Source: Armatimonadota bacterium
GTDB taxonomy: Bacteria; Sysuimicrobiota; Sysuimicrobiia; Sysuimicrobiales; Sysuimicrobiaceae
DNA: 64,000 bases
Assembly (NCBI GenBank): GCA_025060455.1
Contig: JANXBY010000019.1
Span: 1,492 to 65,491, forward strand
Reading direction: 5' to 3'
The translations under genes and the position numbers were made by a program. The notes under the pieces are model-generated. The model saw nothing but the letters and a program-made list of their open reading frames with translations. It did not search any database and was not told the origin of the DNA. Shown piece by piece: positions 9,632 through 20,502 of this stretch. The stretch's first letter is position 1. Each line of letters starts with the position of its first letter.

Positions 9632-11518
9632 TCAGCGGGCCGCCTCCTCCCGGTAATGGGGCAGCTCGTGCGCCCGCAGGTACTCCAGCACCCGGCGGGC
9701 GGCCGCCCGGCCCACCACCGCAGCCACCTCCTCCTCGGTGGCCTCCCGGATGCGCCGGACTGACCCGAAGTGGCGGATGAGGTCGCGTTTGCGCTTCTCC
9801 CCGATCCCCGGCACCTCGTCCAGCACCGAGTACACTACCCGGCGGCCCCGGAGCTGCTGGTGGTAGGCGTGGGCGAACCGGTGCGCCTCGTCCCGGACCC
9901 GTTGCAGCAGCTGCAGGGCCGCGGAGTCCCGGGGTAGGCGCAGGGGCTCCTCCTGCCCCGGCCGGAACACCAGCTCCTCCCGCTTGGCGAGGGCTACCAC
10001 GGGCACCTGCACGTTGTACTCGAACAGCACCTCCAACGCCGCGGACAGCTGCCCGCGACCGCCGTCGATCAGGATCAGGTCCGGCAGCACCGACCACTTG
10101 GGCTTGACGGACTCGTCTCGGTCCAGCCTGTCCTGCTCCTCCCGGGCGTTCTGGAACCGCCGGCGCAGCGCCTCCTGCAGCATGGCGTAGTCGTTGGGCC
10201 CGGGAGTGAACCGGATGCGGAACCGCCGGTACGCGTCCTTGCGGGGCCGCGCGCCCTCGAAGGTCACCAGGGAGGCCACCGCCTCCCCGTGCTGAAGGTT
10301 GCTCACGTCGTAGCCCTCGATGCGGAAGGGCGGCTCTTCCAGGTCCAGGACCTGCTGGAGGGCCCGCACCGCCGCACCCTCGCGCCCGGCGAGGCGTGCC
10401 CGTTCCTGCTCCAGGTGCAGCCGGGCGTTGTCCCGGGCCATATCCACCAGCCGCTTCCGGTGGCCGCGGGCCGCCACCACCACCCGGACCGGGGAACCCC
10501 GGCGGTCCGACAGCCACCGGGCGATCACCTCCTGACCTTCCACAGCCTCCGGGATCACCACCTCCGGCGGCAGGGCTGGTGCGTGCTCGTAGTACTGCTC
10601 CAGAAACGTGCGCAGCACCTCCGCGGTGGGGTGCCCGTGCGCGCCCGTGAGAAAGAAGTGCTCCTGACCCGACAGACGGCCCGCGCGCACGAAGAACACC
10701 TGGGCGCAGGCATCATCGCCGTCCACGTGCACCGCCACCACGTCTCGGTCGTCGAGGCTCGCCGCGGCGGTCCGCTGGCGCTCCGCGATGGCCTCCAGGG
10801 CCTGGATCTGGTCCCGCAGGGCCGCGGCCCGCTCGAACTCCAGCCGCTCGGCGGCTTCCCGCATCTGCTGGCGCAGCTGGTCCAGCAGCGCCTCCTGGTG
10901 GCCCTGAAGGAACAGCACCGCGTTCCGCACCTGCTCCGCGTACTGCTCCCGGGAAGCGCCCCACGCCACGCACGGGGCGGTGCACTGCCCGATGGCGTAG
11001 TCCAGACACGGCCGGGGAAGCCGGGTGTGCTCCACGTCCACCTGGCAGCTCCGCAGTTTGAACAGCTTGCGGATGGTCCGGATGGTCCGGCTCACCAGCT
11101 TCGGCTCGTGGTAGGGGTACGGGCCGAAGTAGTGGGCACCATCCCGGACCACCCGGCGGGTCATCACGATGCGCGGGTAGGGTTCGTGGGTGATCTTCAC
11201 GTACGGGTAGGCCTTATCGTCCGCCATCCGCACGTTGTACTTGGGCCGGTGCTGCTGGATCAGGTTGGTTTCCAGGATGAGGGCCTCCACCTCGTTGGCA
11301 CAGGCCACCACGTCGAAGTCGAACACCTTGGTCATGAGGTGGCGGACCCGCGGGGAGTCCACGGAGGACGGGTTCTGAAAGTAGCTGCGGACCCGCTGGC
11401 GCAGGGAAGCCGCCTTGCCCACGTAGATCACCTTGCCCGCGCGGTCCCGCAGCAGGTACACGCCCGGTCGCGGCGGCAGGGCCCGCAGCTTCTCCTCCAG
11501 GTTGGCCACGCGCGCCAT
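9632..11518 (-). CDS. uvrC: Excinuclease ABC subunit C
   Basis: GIY-YIG domain (PGVYL...YVGKA), UVR domain, RIEGYDVSN, IDGGRGQL, HhH GIG motif. Confidence 0.97.
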   Translation of the reverse strand: MARVANLEEKLRALPPRPGVYLLRDRAGKVIYVGKAASLRQRVRSYFQNPSSVDSPRVRHLMTKVFDFDVVACANEVEALILETNLIQQHRPKYNVRMADDKAYPYVKITHEPYPRIVMTRRVVRDGAHYFGPYPYHEPKLVSRTIRTIRKLFKLRSCQVDVEHTRLPRPCLDYAIGQCTAPCVAWGASREQYAEQVRNAVLFLQGHQEALLDQLRQQMREAAERLEFERAAALRDQIQALEAIAERQRTAAASLDDRDVVAVHVDGDDACAQVFFVRAGRLSGQEHFFLTGAHGHPTAEVLRTFLEQYYEHAPALPPEVVIPEAVEGQEVIARWLSDRRGSPVRVVVAARGHRKRLVDMARDNARLHLEQERARLAGREGAAVRALQQVLDLEEPPFRIEGYDVSNLQHGEAVASLVTFEGARPRKDAYRRFRIRFTPGPNDYAMLQEALRRRFQNAREEQDRLDRDESVKPKWSVLPDLILIDGGRGQLSAALEVLFEYNVQVPVVALAKREELVFRPGQEEPLRLPRDSAALQLLQRVRDEAHRFAHAYHQQLRGRRVVYSVLDEVPGIGEKRKRDLIRHFGSVRRIREATEEEVAAVVGRAAARRVLEYLRAHELPHYREEAAR

Positions 11519-11655
11519 CGCCACCATTCTACGTGCGGAGGACGACCGGAGTCCCCAAGTGGCGCCCTCTGGGCGGTCCGTCGGGGCCGCAGACAGGGTT
11601 GCGCGGCCCGGGTAGACTAGGAGCCAAAGCGGTACGTATGCCAACGGAGGGTTGC

Positions 11656-12825
11656 ATGTCCTGGACCTCGCGCCGCGCCCGCGCCATCCCCCAGTCGGTG
11701 TTCCTCCTCATGGACCGCGCCAAGCAGGAGGCCCGGAGCTCGGGGCTGAGCATCATCGACCTGTCCCTGGGCTCCAGCGATCTTTCGCCTCCTGCGCCGG
11801 CGTTGCAGACCCTGGCGGAAGCCCTCGCGGACCGGGCCACGCATCAGTACACCCTGCGTTCCGCTACCCGGCCCTTCCTGGAGGCGGCCGCGGGGTGGTA
11901 CGAGCACCGGTACGGCGTCACCTTCGACCCCGACGCGGAGATGCTGAGCCTCATCGGCAGCCAGGAGGGCATCGGCCACCTGCTCCTGGCGCTCACGGAC
12001 CCGGGAGACTTGGTTTTGATCCCGGAGGTGGCTTACCCGCCCTACTGGGGCATGGCCGCCCTCGCAGGGGTGGAGGTGTTTCCCGTGCCCCTGAGGGAGG
12101 ACCTGCTACCCGACCTGGAGGCGGTGCCGGAGGAGGTGGCCCGCAGGGCGCGCGTGCTGATCCTCAACTACCCCAACAACCCCACCGCCGCGGTGGCGGA
12201 CCTGGGGTTCTTCATGCAGGTGCTGGACTTCTGCAGGCGGTACGAGGTGTTCCTGGTGCACGACAACCCGTACGTGGACATGGTGTTTGACGGCCCGGCG
12301 CCGTCACCCTTGGCCCTGCCAGGCGCCCGGGAGCGGTGCGTGGAGTTCTTCACCCTGTCCAAGTCCTACCACATGGGCGGGTTCCGCCTGGCCTTCGCGG
12401 TCGGCAACGCGGAGGCCATCGCGGCCCTCGAGACGGTGAAGTCCGCCCTGGACTTCAACCAGTACCAGGGCGTGCTGCGCATGGGGATCACCGCCCTGCA
12501 GCAGCCCGAGGCGTGGGTGCGGGAACAGGTGGCGGTGTTCCGGGATCGGCGGGACGTGTTGGTGCGGGCCCTCCGGGACGCGGGATGGGAAGTACCACTG
12601 CCTCGGGCCACCATGTACCTGTGGGCCCGGGTCCCCACGGACGTGGACGACGTGCAGTTCGCGGTGCAGCTGTGCCGCAACACGGGCGTGGCCGTGTCCC
12701 CAGGGCAGGGGTTCGGACCCGGAGGCAAGGGGTACGTGCGGATCGCCCTGGTCCAGCCCCCGGATCGCCTGGAGGAGGCCGCCGCGCGCATCGGCGACTT
12801 CCTGCGCGCTTCCGTGCGCATGTAG
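11656..12825 (+). CDS. Class I/II PLP-dependent aminotransferase (LL-diaminopimelate aminotransferase-like)
   Basis: GSQEG, NYPNNPT and FFTLSKSYHMGGFRLAF motifs; GGAGG RBS upstream. Confidence 0.88.
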   Translation: MSWTSRRARAIPQSVFLLMDRAKQEARSSGLSIIDLSLGSSDLSPPAPALQTLAEALADRATHQYTLRSATRPFLEAAAGWYEHRYGVTFDPDAEMLSLIGSQEGIGHLLLALTDPGDLVLIPEVAYPPYWGMAALAGVEVFPVPLREDLLPDLEAVPEEVARRARVLILNYPNNPTAAVADLGFFMQVLDFCRRYEVFLVHDNPYVDMVFDGPAPSPLALPGARERCVEFFTLSKSYHMGGFRLAFAVGNAEAIAALETVKSALDFNQYQGVLRMGITALQQPEAWVREQVAVFRDRRDVLVRALRDAGWEVPLPRATMYLWARVPTDVDDVQFAVQLCRNTGVAVSPGQGFGPGGKGYVRIALVQPPDRLEEAAARIGDFLRASVRM

Positions 12826-12829
12826 GGGT

Positions 12830-15800
12830 TCACAAAGCTCCGGCGGGGGCGGAAGCCCCCACCCTCCTCAGCAGGGCACCGAGCGGCCCGACCTCCACCG
12901 CAGCTCCGTCCTTGAACACGATTCCCACTCCCGTGGAGGGTGGCAGGCGGTCGCCCGGGACCAGCACCCCCACCAGGTTCAGGGGGTCGGCCGCGGACAG
13001 CACCACCGTCTCGTCCCTGGCTACGGTCCGGCGCACGGCCCGCAGGGCTTCCACAGCCTCGGGGAGGGCAAACTGCTCCCCCGCGAACCCTGAAACGAAC
13101 CGACCTCCACGGATGCGCCCCTGGGCCTCCCACCGGCGGAAGATCCTTACCAGCTCCCTCCACGGCGGTGCGGCCCGTTCCCGGGTCAGTACCTCCCGGA
13201 ACACCACCCCGTAGCGGCGCAGCATCTGCTCCGCCAGCCGTTCCAGCCGCTCGGAGTCAGGGATCGCCGGCGCCTCACCCCACGGCGCCCACCTGCCGGC
13301 GGGCGGGGGCAGCCTGCCCGTGAGGACGCGCAGTCGGCCGCGCCGGGGGCGGCGCTGGCCCCGCCACAGCAAGGAGCGCAGGCCGTCCATGCCGTCGCCC
13401 GTTGCCCGACCTGCGGCCACCAGCTCCCAAAGGGCTTCCTCCACCTCCGCGGCCAGCCTGCCCAGCGCCCGGGCCACATCTGACAGGAAGCACGCACCCC
13501 GGGAACGCAACCACGCGTCCACCTCTCGGGCCAAGGGCGATAGCCTCGCCGGGGGAGGTACTGGGAGCAGGTAGGCGGAAAGTTCCTCTCGCAGCACGAA
13601 GGCGATGGGGGTGTTTCGGGCCAGCCGCGGCGGACGCGTGGCCTCGCGCGCTTCCTCCACACTGCCGGGCTGGATCCGGCCCCACGCCACCAGCCCCGCC
13701 AGGCACAAGGAATCCAGCTCCCGCGGGTCGTAACGGGCCAGCCGCGCGGGCAGAACCCACTGCTCCCAGGCCCCTGCAGGAAGCTCAAAACCCTGCAGCT
13801 GCCGTAGGATCTCCAGCAGCCCCGCGCGGCCGTGCAGCTGGGTGCCGGGGTGTACGTGCTGCCAGCGCAGCAGGAAGCGTACGAAGTCCGCGGGGCTGGT
13901 GGGTTCCATCTCCCGCCGAAGCTTTTCCACGGTGAGCCGGTGGATCCGGCTCAGAAGCCGCCGCTCGCACCACTCCTCCTCCGCTTCACTCGGGGTGAAC
14001 CGCCCGCGCAGCACCACCCCAAGCCCTTCCAGGGCTGCCAGCCCCACCCGCACATCTTCCGGGGCCAGTCCGAGCCTGGCCCCAAGCTGCGAGGCCGTAA
14101 CCGGCCCCGTGTACAACATCCAGCCCGCCACCAGGTCGCGCAGGGCCCGCTCCCGCTCCTGCTCCGGCTGAATGGGCACATCCGGCCAGACCCTGGCGGC
14201 GGGCCAAAGGAGGTGGACCGCGGCCGCGCGCTCCCGCGCCGCGTAGCCGGAAAGGCCAGGTGCCTGCACCCGCACCGCCCGGCCCATCCGGACTAGCTCC
14301 CGGGCCGACTCCTCCCACGGCTCGGCTGCCGGGTCGGGCAGGAAGACCACCGTCTGCAGCAGGTCGTGTAGCTCGTCCGGGTCGCGCACGTCCGGCTGTG
14401 CCTGCGCCCTCACCTCCTCGATGGCTTCTGGATCCAGGGCTCCGGGCCCACTGGCCAGCTCGGGGTCCACCCTGCGTAGGCGGACGGCCCGGGCACGGCG
14501 CTCCTCCAGGGGCGCGTCATCCAGGAAGGCGTACGGGTTTGCGCTGAGGATCTCGTGGGAGGCCGGCGAGGGCTGCGGGGTGTCCACCGCCACCGTCTGG
14601 ATGTCTCCCCGCTCCACGGCCTCGACCACCGCCACCAACCCCTCCAGATCCATCGCGTCTTCCAGGCAGTCCAGCAGGGTCTGGTTCACCAAGGGGTGGT
14701 CGGGCGGGTCGATGGGGCCTGTGTGGTTGTCCTGGCAGCCCACCTGTTCGGGGAAGATCGCGGCCAGCAGGTCCTCCGCCCGCATGCGTTGGATTTGGGG
14801 CGGTACCCGCCGGCCTCCCCAACGCCTGGGGACGGCCAGGGCCCGGTTGGCGGCCTGGCGCCACCGGGTGGCAAACAGGGGCGACTGCAGGGTAGCCTGC
14901 AGCAGGTCCTTACGCGCGGTGTGGGGCCGGACGAACCCGAAGATGGCCTCCAGGGGGAAGCTGTGCTGCTGGCCCAGCGAGAGCACCACGCCATCGTCTG
15001 TGGCCGCGGCCTGCAGCTCGAAGTCGAAGGTGAGGCAGAAGCGCTTGCGCAGCGCAAGGCCCCACGCGCGGGTAATGCGTGCGCCGAACGGTGCGTGCAG
15101 GACCAGCTGCATCCCGCCCGCCTCGTCGAAAAACCGCTCGGCCACCACTCTCCGCTGAGTGGGCACACAGCCCAGCACCGCCAGGGTCTCACGCACGTAG
15201 TCCACCACCTGCTGCGCACCAGCCCAGTCCAGGCCCGCTTCCTCCACCAACCACTGGGCTGCGGACTCCGGGTCCGCAGCCCTCCGGGCCACCTCCTCCC
15301 GCAGGTCGCTGACCGCCTGCGAGAGCTCCGGGGTGCGGGCGGGGGCTTCCCCCAGCCAGAAGGGGATGGTGGGAGGGGCACCCCCCGCCGCCTCCACCCG
15401 CACGCGGCCCGACGATTCCACCCGCCGCACCCGCCAGCTGGTGTTGCCCAGCAGGAACACGTCCCCCGCCTGGGACTCCACCGCGAAGTCTTCGTTCACC
15501 CGGCCCACCGGCTTCTCATCCGGCTCTGCGACCACGTCGTACTCGAAGGTCTCGGGGATGGCGCCTCCAGAGGTGAGAGCCAGGGTCCGGGTGCCGCGCC
15601 GGCCGCGGACGATACCGGTGGTGCGGTCCCAGTGCACCAGGGCTCCGGCCCGGCCCCGTGAGGGCGCCACGCCGTCCGCCAGCATGGCCAGCACCTGCTC
15701 GAACTCCTCCCGCCGGAGTTCGCGGTACGGGTAGGCTCCGCGGGCCAGCCGCCACAGGTCTTCCACGTGGCACGGCTCCGCAGCCGCCTCCGCGGCCAGC

Positions 15801-17044
15801 TGCTGCGCGAGCACGTCGAGGGGTTTGCGGGGAATCCGCACCCGGTCGAGCTGGCCGGCGCGGACCGCACGCACCGCGGCTGCGCACTGCACCAGCTCGT
15901 CGCGGGTCAGCGGGAACAGCACGCCCCTGGGGGTGCGGTCCACCCCGTGCCCCGAGCGCCCCACCCGCTGCAGCAGGGTGGCAATGGACCGGGGTGCCCC
16001 CACGTGGCAGACCAGGTCCACCGACCCGATGTCGATGCCGAGCTCCAACGAAGCCGTGGCCACCACCACCCGCAGGTCGCCGTCTTTCAGCCGCCGCTCC
16101 GCCTTCTCTCTGAGGGAGCGGGCCAGGCTGCCGTGGTGGCTGGCCACGCGGCCCTCGCCCAGGCGCAGGGTCAGCCGGTGGGCCAGGCGCTCCGCCAGGC
16201 GCCGCGTGGCCACGAACACCAAGGTGGTGCGGTGGCAAGACGCCAGCTCCGCGATGCGGTCGTAGACCTCCGCCCACACCTCGTGGGTGGCCACCGGTCC
16301 CAGGACCTGCCGCGGCACCCACACGGCCAGGTCCCACTCGCGCTGCCAGCCCACGTCCACCACCGCGCACCGGGGCCGCCCGTCGGGTCCGGTGCGCCCG
16401 GTCCCCACCAGCAGGCCTACAAGCCCCTCCACGGGATGTGCGGTGGCGCTCAGCCCGATGCGCTGCGGGGGACGAGCGGTTACCCGCTCCAGCCGCTCCA
16501 GGCTCAGGCTCAAGTGCGCGCCCCGCTTGTCCTGGGCCAGGGCGTGCAGCTCGTCCACGATCACCGTCTGCACGGTGCGGAGGAGCCCCCGGCTGCCCGG
16601 AGCCGTGAGCAACAGGTACAAGGACTCGGGGGTGGTGATGAGCACGTGGGGCGGCCTGCGCTTCATGCGCTCGCGGTCCCGGGCCAGGGTGTCGCCGGTG
16701 CGCACCGCCACCCGCACCTCGGGCAGCTGGTGGCCCAGGGCGCGGGCCGGCTGCCGGATCTGCCGCAGGGGCTCTTCCAGGTTCCGCTGGACGTCGGCGC
16801 TCAGGGCCCGCAGGGGAGAGACGTACAGCACACGGGTCTCGTCGGGGAGGGGGTCGGTGGACACTAGCTCGCTCAGGGCCCACAGGAAGGCAGCCAGGGT
16901 CTTGCCCGACCCCGTAGGCGCCACCAGCAGGGCGTGCTGGCCGGAGGCCACCACCTGCCAGCCCTGCTCCTGCACCGGCGTGGGACGGCCGAAGGTGCTG
17001 ACGAACCAGTCCAGGATCGCGGGGTGGAAGGACGGGAGGGTCAC
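12830..17044 (-). CDS. lhr: Long-form Lhr SF2 helicase with C-terminal AlkZ/HTH_42-like region
   Basis: APTGSGKT, DELH, GLSAT, SLELGID, QRVGRSGH motifs; C-terminal RYGVVFR and IRGGRFV. Confidence 0.92.
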   Translation of the reverse strand: MTLPSFHPAILDWFVSTFGRPTPVQEQGWQVVASGQHALLVAPTGSGKTLAAFLWALSELVSTDPLPDETRVLYVSPLRALSADVQRNLEEPLRQIRQPARALGHQLPEVRVAVRTGDTLARDRERMKRRPPHVLITTPESLYLLLTAPGSRGLLRTVQTVIVDELHALAQDKRGAHLSLSLERLERVTARPPQRIGLSATAHPVEGLVGLLVGTGRTGPDGRPRCAVVDVGWQREWDLAVWVPRQVLGPVATHEVWAEVYDRIAELASCHRTTLVFVATRRLAERLAHRLTLRLGEGRVASHHGSLARSLREKAERRLKDGDLRVVVATASLELGIDIGSVDLVCHVGAPRSIATLLQRVGRSGHGVDRTPRGVLFPLTRDELVQCAAAVRAVRAGQLDRVRIPRKPLDVLAQQLAAEAAAEPCHVEDLWRLARGAYPYRELRREEFEQVLAMLADGVAPSRGRAGALVHWDRTTGIVRGRRGTRTLALTSGGAIPETFEYDVVAEPDEKPVGRVNEDFAVESQAGDVFLLGNTSWRVRRVESSGRVRVEAAGGAPPTIPFWLGEAPARTPELSQAVSDLREEVARRAADPESAAQWLVEEAGLDWAGAQQVVDYVRETLAVLGCVPTQRRVVAERFFDEAGGMQLVLHAPFGARITRAWGLALRKRFCLTFDFELQAAATDDGVVLSLGQQHSFPLEAIFGFVRPHTARKDLLQATLQSPLFATRWRQAANRALAVPRRWGGRRVPPQIQRMRAEDLLAAIFPEQVGCQDNHTGPIDPPDHPLVNQTLLDCLEDAMDLEGLVAVVEAVERGDIQTVAVDTPQPSPASHEILSANPYAFLDDAPLEERRARAVRLRRVDPELASGPGALDPEAIEEVRAQAQPDVRDPDELHDLLQTVVFLPDPAAEPWEESARELVRMGRAVRVQAPGLSGYAARERAAAVHLLWPAARVWPDVPIQPEQERERALRDLVAGWMLYTGPVTASQLGARLGLAPEDVRVGLAALEGLGVVLRGRFTPSEAEEEWCERRLLSRIHRLTVEKLRREMEPTSPADFVRFLLRWQHVHPGTQLHGRAGLLEILRQLQGFELPAGAWEQWVLPARLARYDPRELDSLCLAGLVAWGRIQPGSVEEAREATRPPRLARNTPIAFVLREELSAYLLPVPPPARLSPLAREVDAWLRSRGACFLSDVARALGRLAAEVEEALWELVAAGRATGDGMDGLRSLLWRGQRRPRRGRLRVLTGRLPPPAGRWAPWGEAPAIPDSERLERLAEQMLRRYGVVFREVLTRERAAPPWRELVRIFRRWEAQGRIRGGRFVSGFAGEQFALPEAVEALRAVRRTVARDETVVLSAADPLNLVGVLVPGDRLPPSTGVGIVFKDGAAVEVGPLGALLRRVGASAPAGAL

Positions 17045-17053
17045 CGCCGTTCC

Positions 17054-19954
17054 TTACCGTCCCGCCACGCCGGCACCCACCGCGCCCGCCCGCGCGCGCA
17101 GCCGGCGCCGGGCCTGCTCCACCTTCTCGGGGTCCAGCATCTTCCGGAGGAACTGCCCGGTGTACGACTCCTCTTGGGCCGCCACCTCCTCCGGCGTACC
17201 CTCCGCCACCACGCGCCCGCCCAGCTCCCCGCCCTCCGGGCCCAGGTCGATGACCCAGTCCGCGGTCTTGATCACGTCCAGGTTGTGCTCGATCACCACC
17301 ACGGTGTTGCCCGCGTCCACCAGCCGGTGGAGGACCTGCAGCAGCCGCTCCACGTCTGCGAAGTGCAGCCCCACGGTGGGCTCGTCCAGGATGTACACCG
17401 TGCGGCCGGTGTCGCGCCGGGACAGCTCCGCGGCCAGCTTCACCCGCTGTGCCTCGCCGCCGGACAGGGTGGTGGCGGGCTGGCCCAGCTGGATGTAGCC
17501 CAGCCCCACGTCCTGCAGGGTCTGCAGCTTCCGCCGCAGGCGGGGGATGGCGGAGAAGAACTCCAGCGCCTCGTCCACGGTCATCTCCAGGACGTCCGCG
17601 ATGCTCTTCCCGCGGTACAGCACCTGGAGGGTCTCCCGGTTATAGCGCTTCCCCTTGCACACCTCGCAGGGCACGTACACGTCCGGCAGGAAGTGCATCT
17701 CGATGCGGACGATCCCATCCCCCTCGCAGGCCTCGCACCGCCCGCCCCGGACGTTGAAGGAGAACCGGCCGGGCCCGTAGCCCCGCAACCGTGCCTCCGG
17801 GGTGGCGGCGAACAGCTCCCGGATCAGGTCGAAGGTCTTCGTGTAAGTGGCGGGGTTGCTGCGGGGCGTGCGGCCGATGGGCGACTGGTCGATCTCGATG
17901 ACCTTGTCCACCAACTCCCAGCCCTCCAGGCCGTCGTGGGCGCCGGGACGGGTCCGTGTCCCCATGACCTTCTGGGCCAGGGCACGGTACAGGATCTCAT
18001 CCACCAGGGTGGACTTTCCGGACCCCGACACCCCCGTGACGCACACGAACAGACCCAGGGGGAAGGCCACGTCGATGCCTTTCAGGTTGTGCTCCCGGGC
18101 CCCGCGGACCACCAGCCACCTGCCCTGCGGGGGCCGGCGCACGGCGGGCACGGGGATCCGCCGCTCCCCCGACAGGTACCGCCCTGTGACGGACCGCTTC
18201 TCCCGGATCACGTCCTCCAGGGTGCCGGACACCACGATCTCGCCCCCGTGCTTGCCCGCCCCCGGGCCGATGTCCACGATCCAGTCCGCGGATCGGATGG
18301 TGTCCTCGTCGTGCTCCACCACGATGATGGTGTTGCCCAGGTCCCGGAGGCGCTTGAGCGTGTCGATGAGCCGGTGGTTGTCCCGCTGGTGGAGGCCGAT
18401 GCTGGGCTCGTCCAGCACGTACAGCACCCCCATGAGCCCCGAGCCGATCTGGGTGGCCAGGCGGATGCGTTGCGCCTCCCCGCCCGAGAGGGTGTTGGCC
18501 ATGCGGTCCAAAGTCAGGTAGTCCAGCCCCACGTTCACCAGGAAGCCCAGCCGGCTGCGGATCTCCTTCAGCACCTGGTGGGCGATGAGCTCCTCCCGCT
18601 CCGACAGCCGCAACGTCTCGAAGAACTCCAGGCACTGTCGCACCGTGAGGGCGGTAACCTCCGCGATGTTGCGGCCGCCCACCCGCACGCTCAGGCTCTC
18701 CCGCTTCAGCCGCGCGCCCCGGCACTCCGGACACGGCACCAGGCTCATGTACCGCTCGATCTCCTCCTTCACCGCCTCCGAGTCCGTCTCCCGGTACCGC
18801 CGCTCCAGGTAGTAGACCACCCCCTCGAACTCCGTCTCGTACGACCGCAGGATCCCGTAGCGGTTGTGGTACCGGAGCCGGATGGGCCGGTCCGACCCGT
18901 ACAGCAACACCTTCACGAAGGACCGGGGCAGCTGGCGCAGGGGCGTCCTCCAGTCCACCCCGTACGCCTGGGCCAGGGACCGCAGCAGCTGCTCGTAGTA
19001 CTCCGCGGTGCTGGCCGCCCACGGCACCACCGCGCCGTCAGCCAGGGACTTGTCTGGGTCCAGGACCAGCTCGGGATCCACCTGCTGGCGGTAGCCCAGG
19101 CCGGAGCACTTCGGGCAGGCCCCGTAGGGGCTGTTGAAGGAGAAGATGCGGGGCTCCACCTCCGGCAGGCTGGTGCCGTGCTCCGGGCACGCGAAGGCGG
19201 TGGAGAAGGTCAGCAGCTCGCCGTCGGGGGCGTCCGTCTGCCGCCACACGTACGCCAGGCCCTGGCCCAGCTTGAGGGCGGTTTCCACGGACTCGTGCAG
19301 CCGGGAGCGCGCCTCCGGCTTGGTGACCAGCCGGTCCACCACCACCTCCACGTCGTGCTTGCGGTTCTTGTCCAGCACGATGGATTCCGACAGGTCGTAC
19401 AGCACCCCGTCCACCCGCACCCGGGCGAAGCCCTGGCGCCGCAGGTCTTCGAACAGCTGGCGGTACTCCCCCTTGCGCCCCCGCACCACGGGGCCGAGAA
19501 CATAGATGCGGCTGCCCTCCGGCAGCGCCAGCACCCGGTCCACGATCTGCTCCGGGGTCTGCCGGGCGATGGGCCGGTCGCACACCGGGCAGTGGGGCTG
19601 CCCGATGCGGGCGAACAGCAGCCGTAGGTAGTCGTAGATCTCCGTCACGGTCCCCACCGTGGACCGGGGGTTGCGGGGGGCGCCTTTTTGGTCGATGGAT
19701 ACCGCGGGGGACAGGCCGTCGATGCTGTCCACGTCGGGCTTCTCCATCAGGCCCAGGAACTGCCGGGCGTACGCGGAAAGGCTCTCGACATACTTGCGCT
19801 GGCCCTCCGCGTAGATGGTGTCGAAGGCCAGGGTGGACTTGCCGGACCCCGAGATCCCCGTGAACACCACCAGCTTGTCCCGGGGAATCTCCACGGTCAC
19901 GTTCTTGAGGTTGTGCTCTCGTGCACCGCGAACGACGATGCGATCTAGGGGCAT
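17054..19954 (-). CDS. uvrA: Excinuclease ABC subunit A
   Basis: GAREHNLK, two GxSGSGKS motifs, LSGGEAQR, zinc fingers. Confidence 0.98.
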   Translation of the reverse strand: MPLDRIVVRGAREHNLKNVTVEIPRDKLVVFTGISGSGKSTLAFDTIYAEGQRKYVESLSAYARQFLGLMEKPDVDSIDGLSPAVSIDQKGAPRNPRSTVGTVTEIYDYLRLLFARIGQPHCPVCDRPIARQTPEQIVDRVLALPEGSRIYVLGPVVRGRKGEYRQLFEDLRRQGFARVRVDGVLYDLSESIVLDKNRKHDVEVVVDRLVTKPEARSRLHESVETALKLGQGLAYVWRQTDAPDGELLTFSTAFACPEHGTSLPEVEPRIFSFNSPYGACPKCSGLGYRQQVDPELVLDPDKSLADGAVVPWAASTAEYYEQLLRSLAQAYGVDWRTPLRQLPRSFVKVLLYGSDRPIRLRYHNRYGILRSYETEFEGVVYYLERRYRETDSEAVKEEIERYMSLVPCPECRGARLKRESLSVRVGGRNIAEVTALTVRQCLEFFETLRLSEREELIAHQVLKEIRSRLGFLVNVGLDYLTLDRMANTLSGGEAQRIRLATQIGSGLMGVLYVLDEPSIGLHQRDNHRLIDTLKRLRDLGNTIIVVEHDEDTIRSADWIVDIGPGAGKHGGEIVVSGTLEDVIREKRSVTGRYLSGERRIPVPAVRRPPQGRWLVVRGAREHNLKGIDVAFPLGLFVCVTGVSGSGKSTLVDEILYRALAQKVMGTRTRPGAHDGLEGWELVDKVIEIDQSPIGRTPRSNPATYTKTFDLIRELFAATPEARLRGYGPGRFSFNVRGGRCEACEGDGIVRIEMHFLPDVYVPCEVCKGKRYNRETLQVLYRGKSIADVLEMTVDEALEFFSAIPRLRRKLQTLQDVGLGYIQLGQPATTLSGGEAQRVKLAAELSRRDTGRTVYILDEPTVGLHFADVERLLQVLHRLVDAGNTVVVIEHNLDVIKTADWVIDLGPEGGELGGRVVAEGTPEEVAAQEESYTGQFLRKMLDPEKVEQARRRLRARAGAVGAGVAGR

Positions 19955-19968
19955 GGTCCCTCCGAACT

Positions 19969-20397
19969 TCAGGGCGCGGTGGCCAAGGCCTCCTCCGGGA
20001 ACGCTTCCTCCAGCTCCCACTCCTGCGCGGGGCCCTCCTCCGCCATGAGCTCCACCTGGTTGCCGAACGGGTCCCAGCAGAACAGCCGCCGCACGCCGGG
20101 CCGCGGGGGTGCGTCCTCCACGCGAACCCCGTGGGTGGCGAGCAGGGCTCGGGCCGCCTCCAGGTCGTCCACCTCAAAGCAAACGTGGCGGCGCGAGGGT
20201 GGGCTTCCCGCACCCGGTTCGATGTCCACGTGGACCTCGCAGTTGGGGGTCCAGAACCACACCCCGCCCCGCTCCCAAAGCGGCGCCGGCTTGGGGATCT
20301 CCCGCAGGCCCAGCAGCCGGCCGTAAAACCACCGCGCCTGCGCTTCCCCGCCCGGCGGGGCTGTGATCAGAACGTGGTTCACCCGCACCACCCGCAT
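19969..20397 (-). CDS. VOC (glyoxalase/bleomycin resistance) family protein
   Basis: [23 protein letters not shown] and DPFGNQVEL motifs; strong RBS. Confidence 0.88.
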   Translation of the reverse strand: MRVVRVNHVLITAPPGGEAQARWFYGRLLGLREIPKPAPLWERGGVWFWTPNCEVHVDIEPGAGSPPSRRHVCFEVDDLEAARALLATHGVRVEDAPPRPGVRRLFCWDPFGNQVELMAEEGPAQEWELEEAFPEEALATAP

Positions 20398-20502
20398 GGC
20401 CTCCCACCTCCAGCACCCGGCGGGCCGGACCTCCCCACAATCGCCGCGCGATTTTGGGAACCCGGTCCACACCGCCGGTTCCGCGTTCCATCGGACAGGA
20501 GC

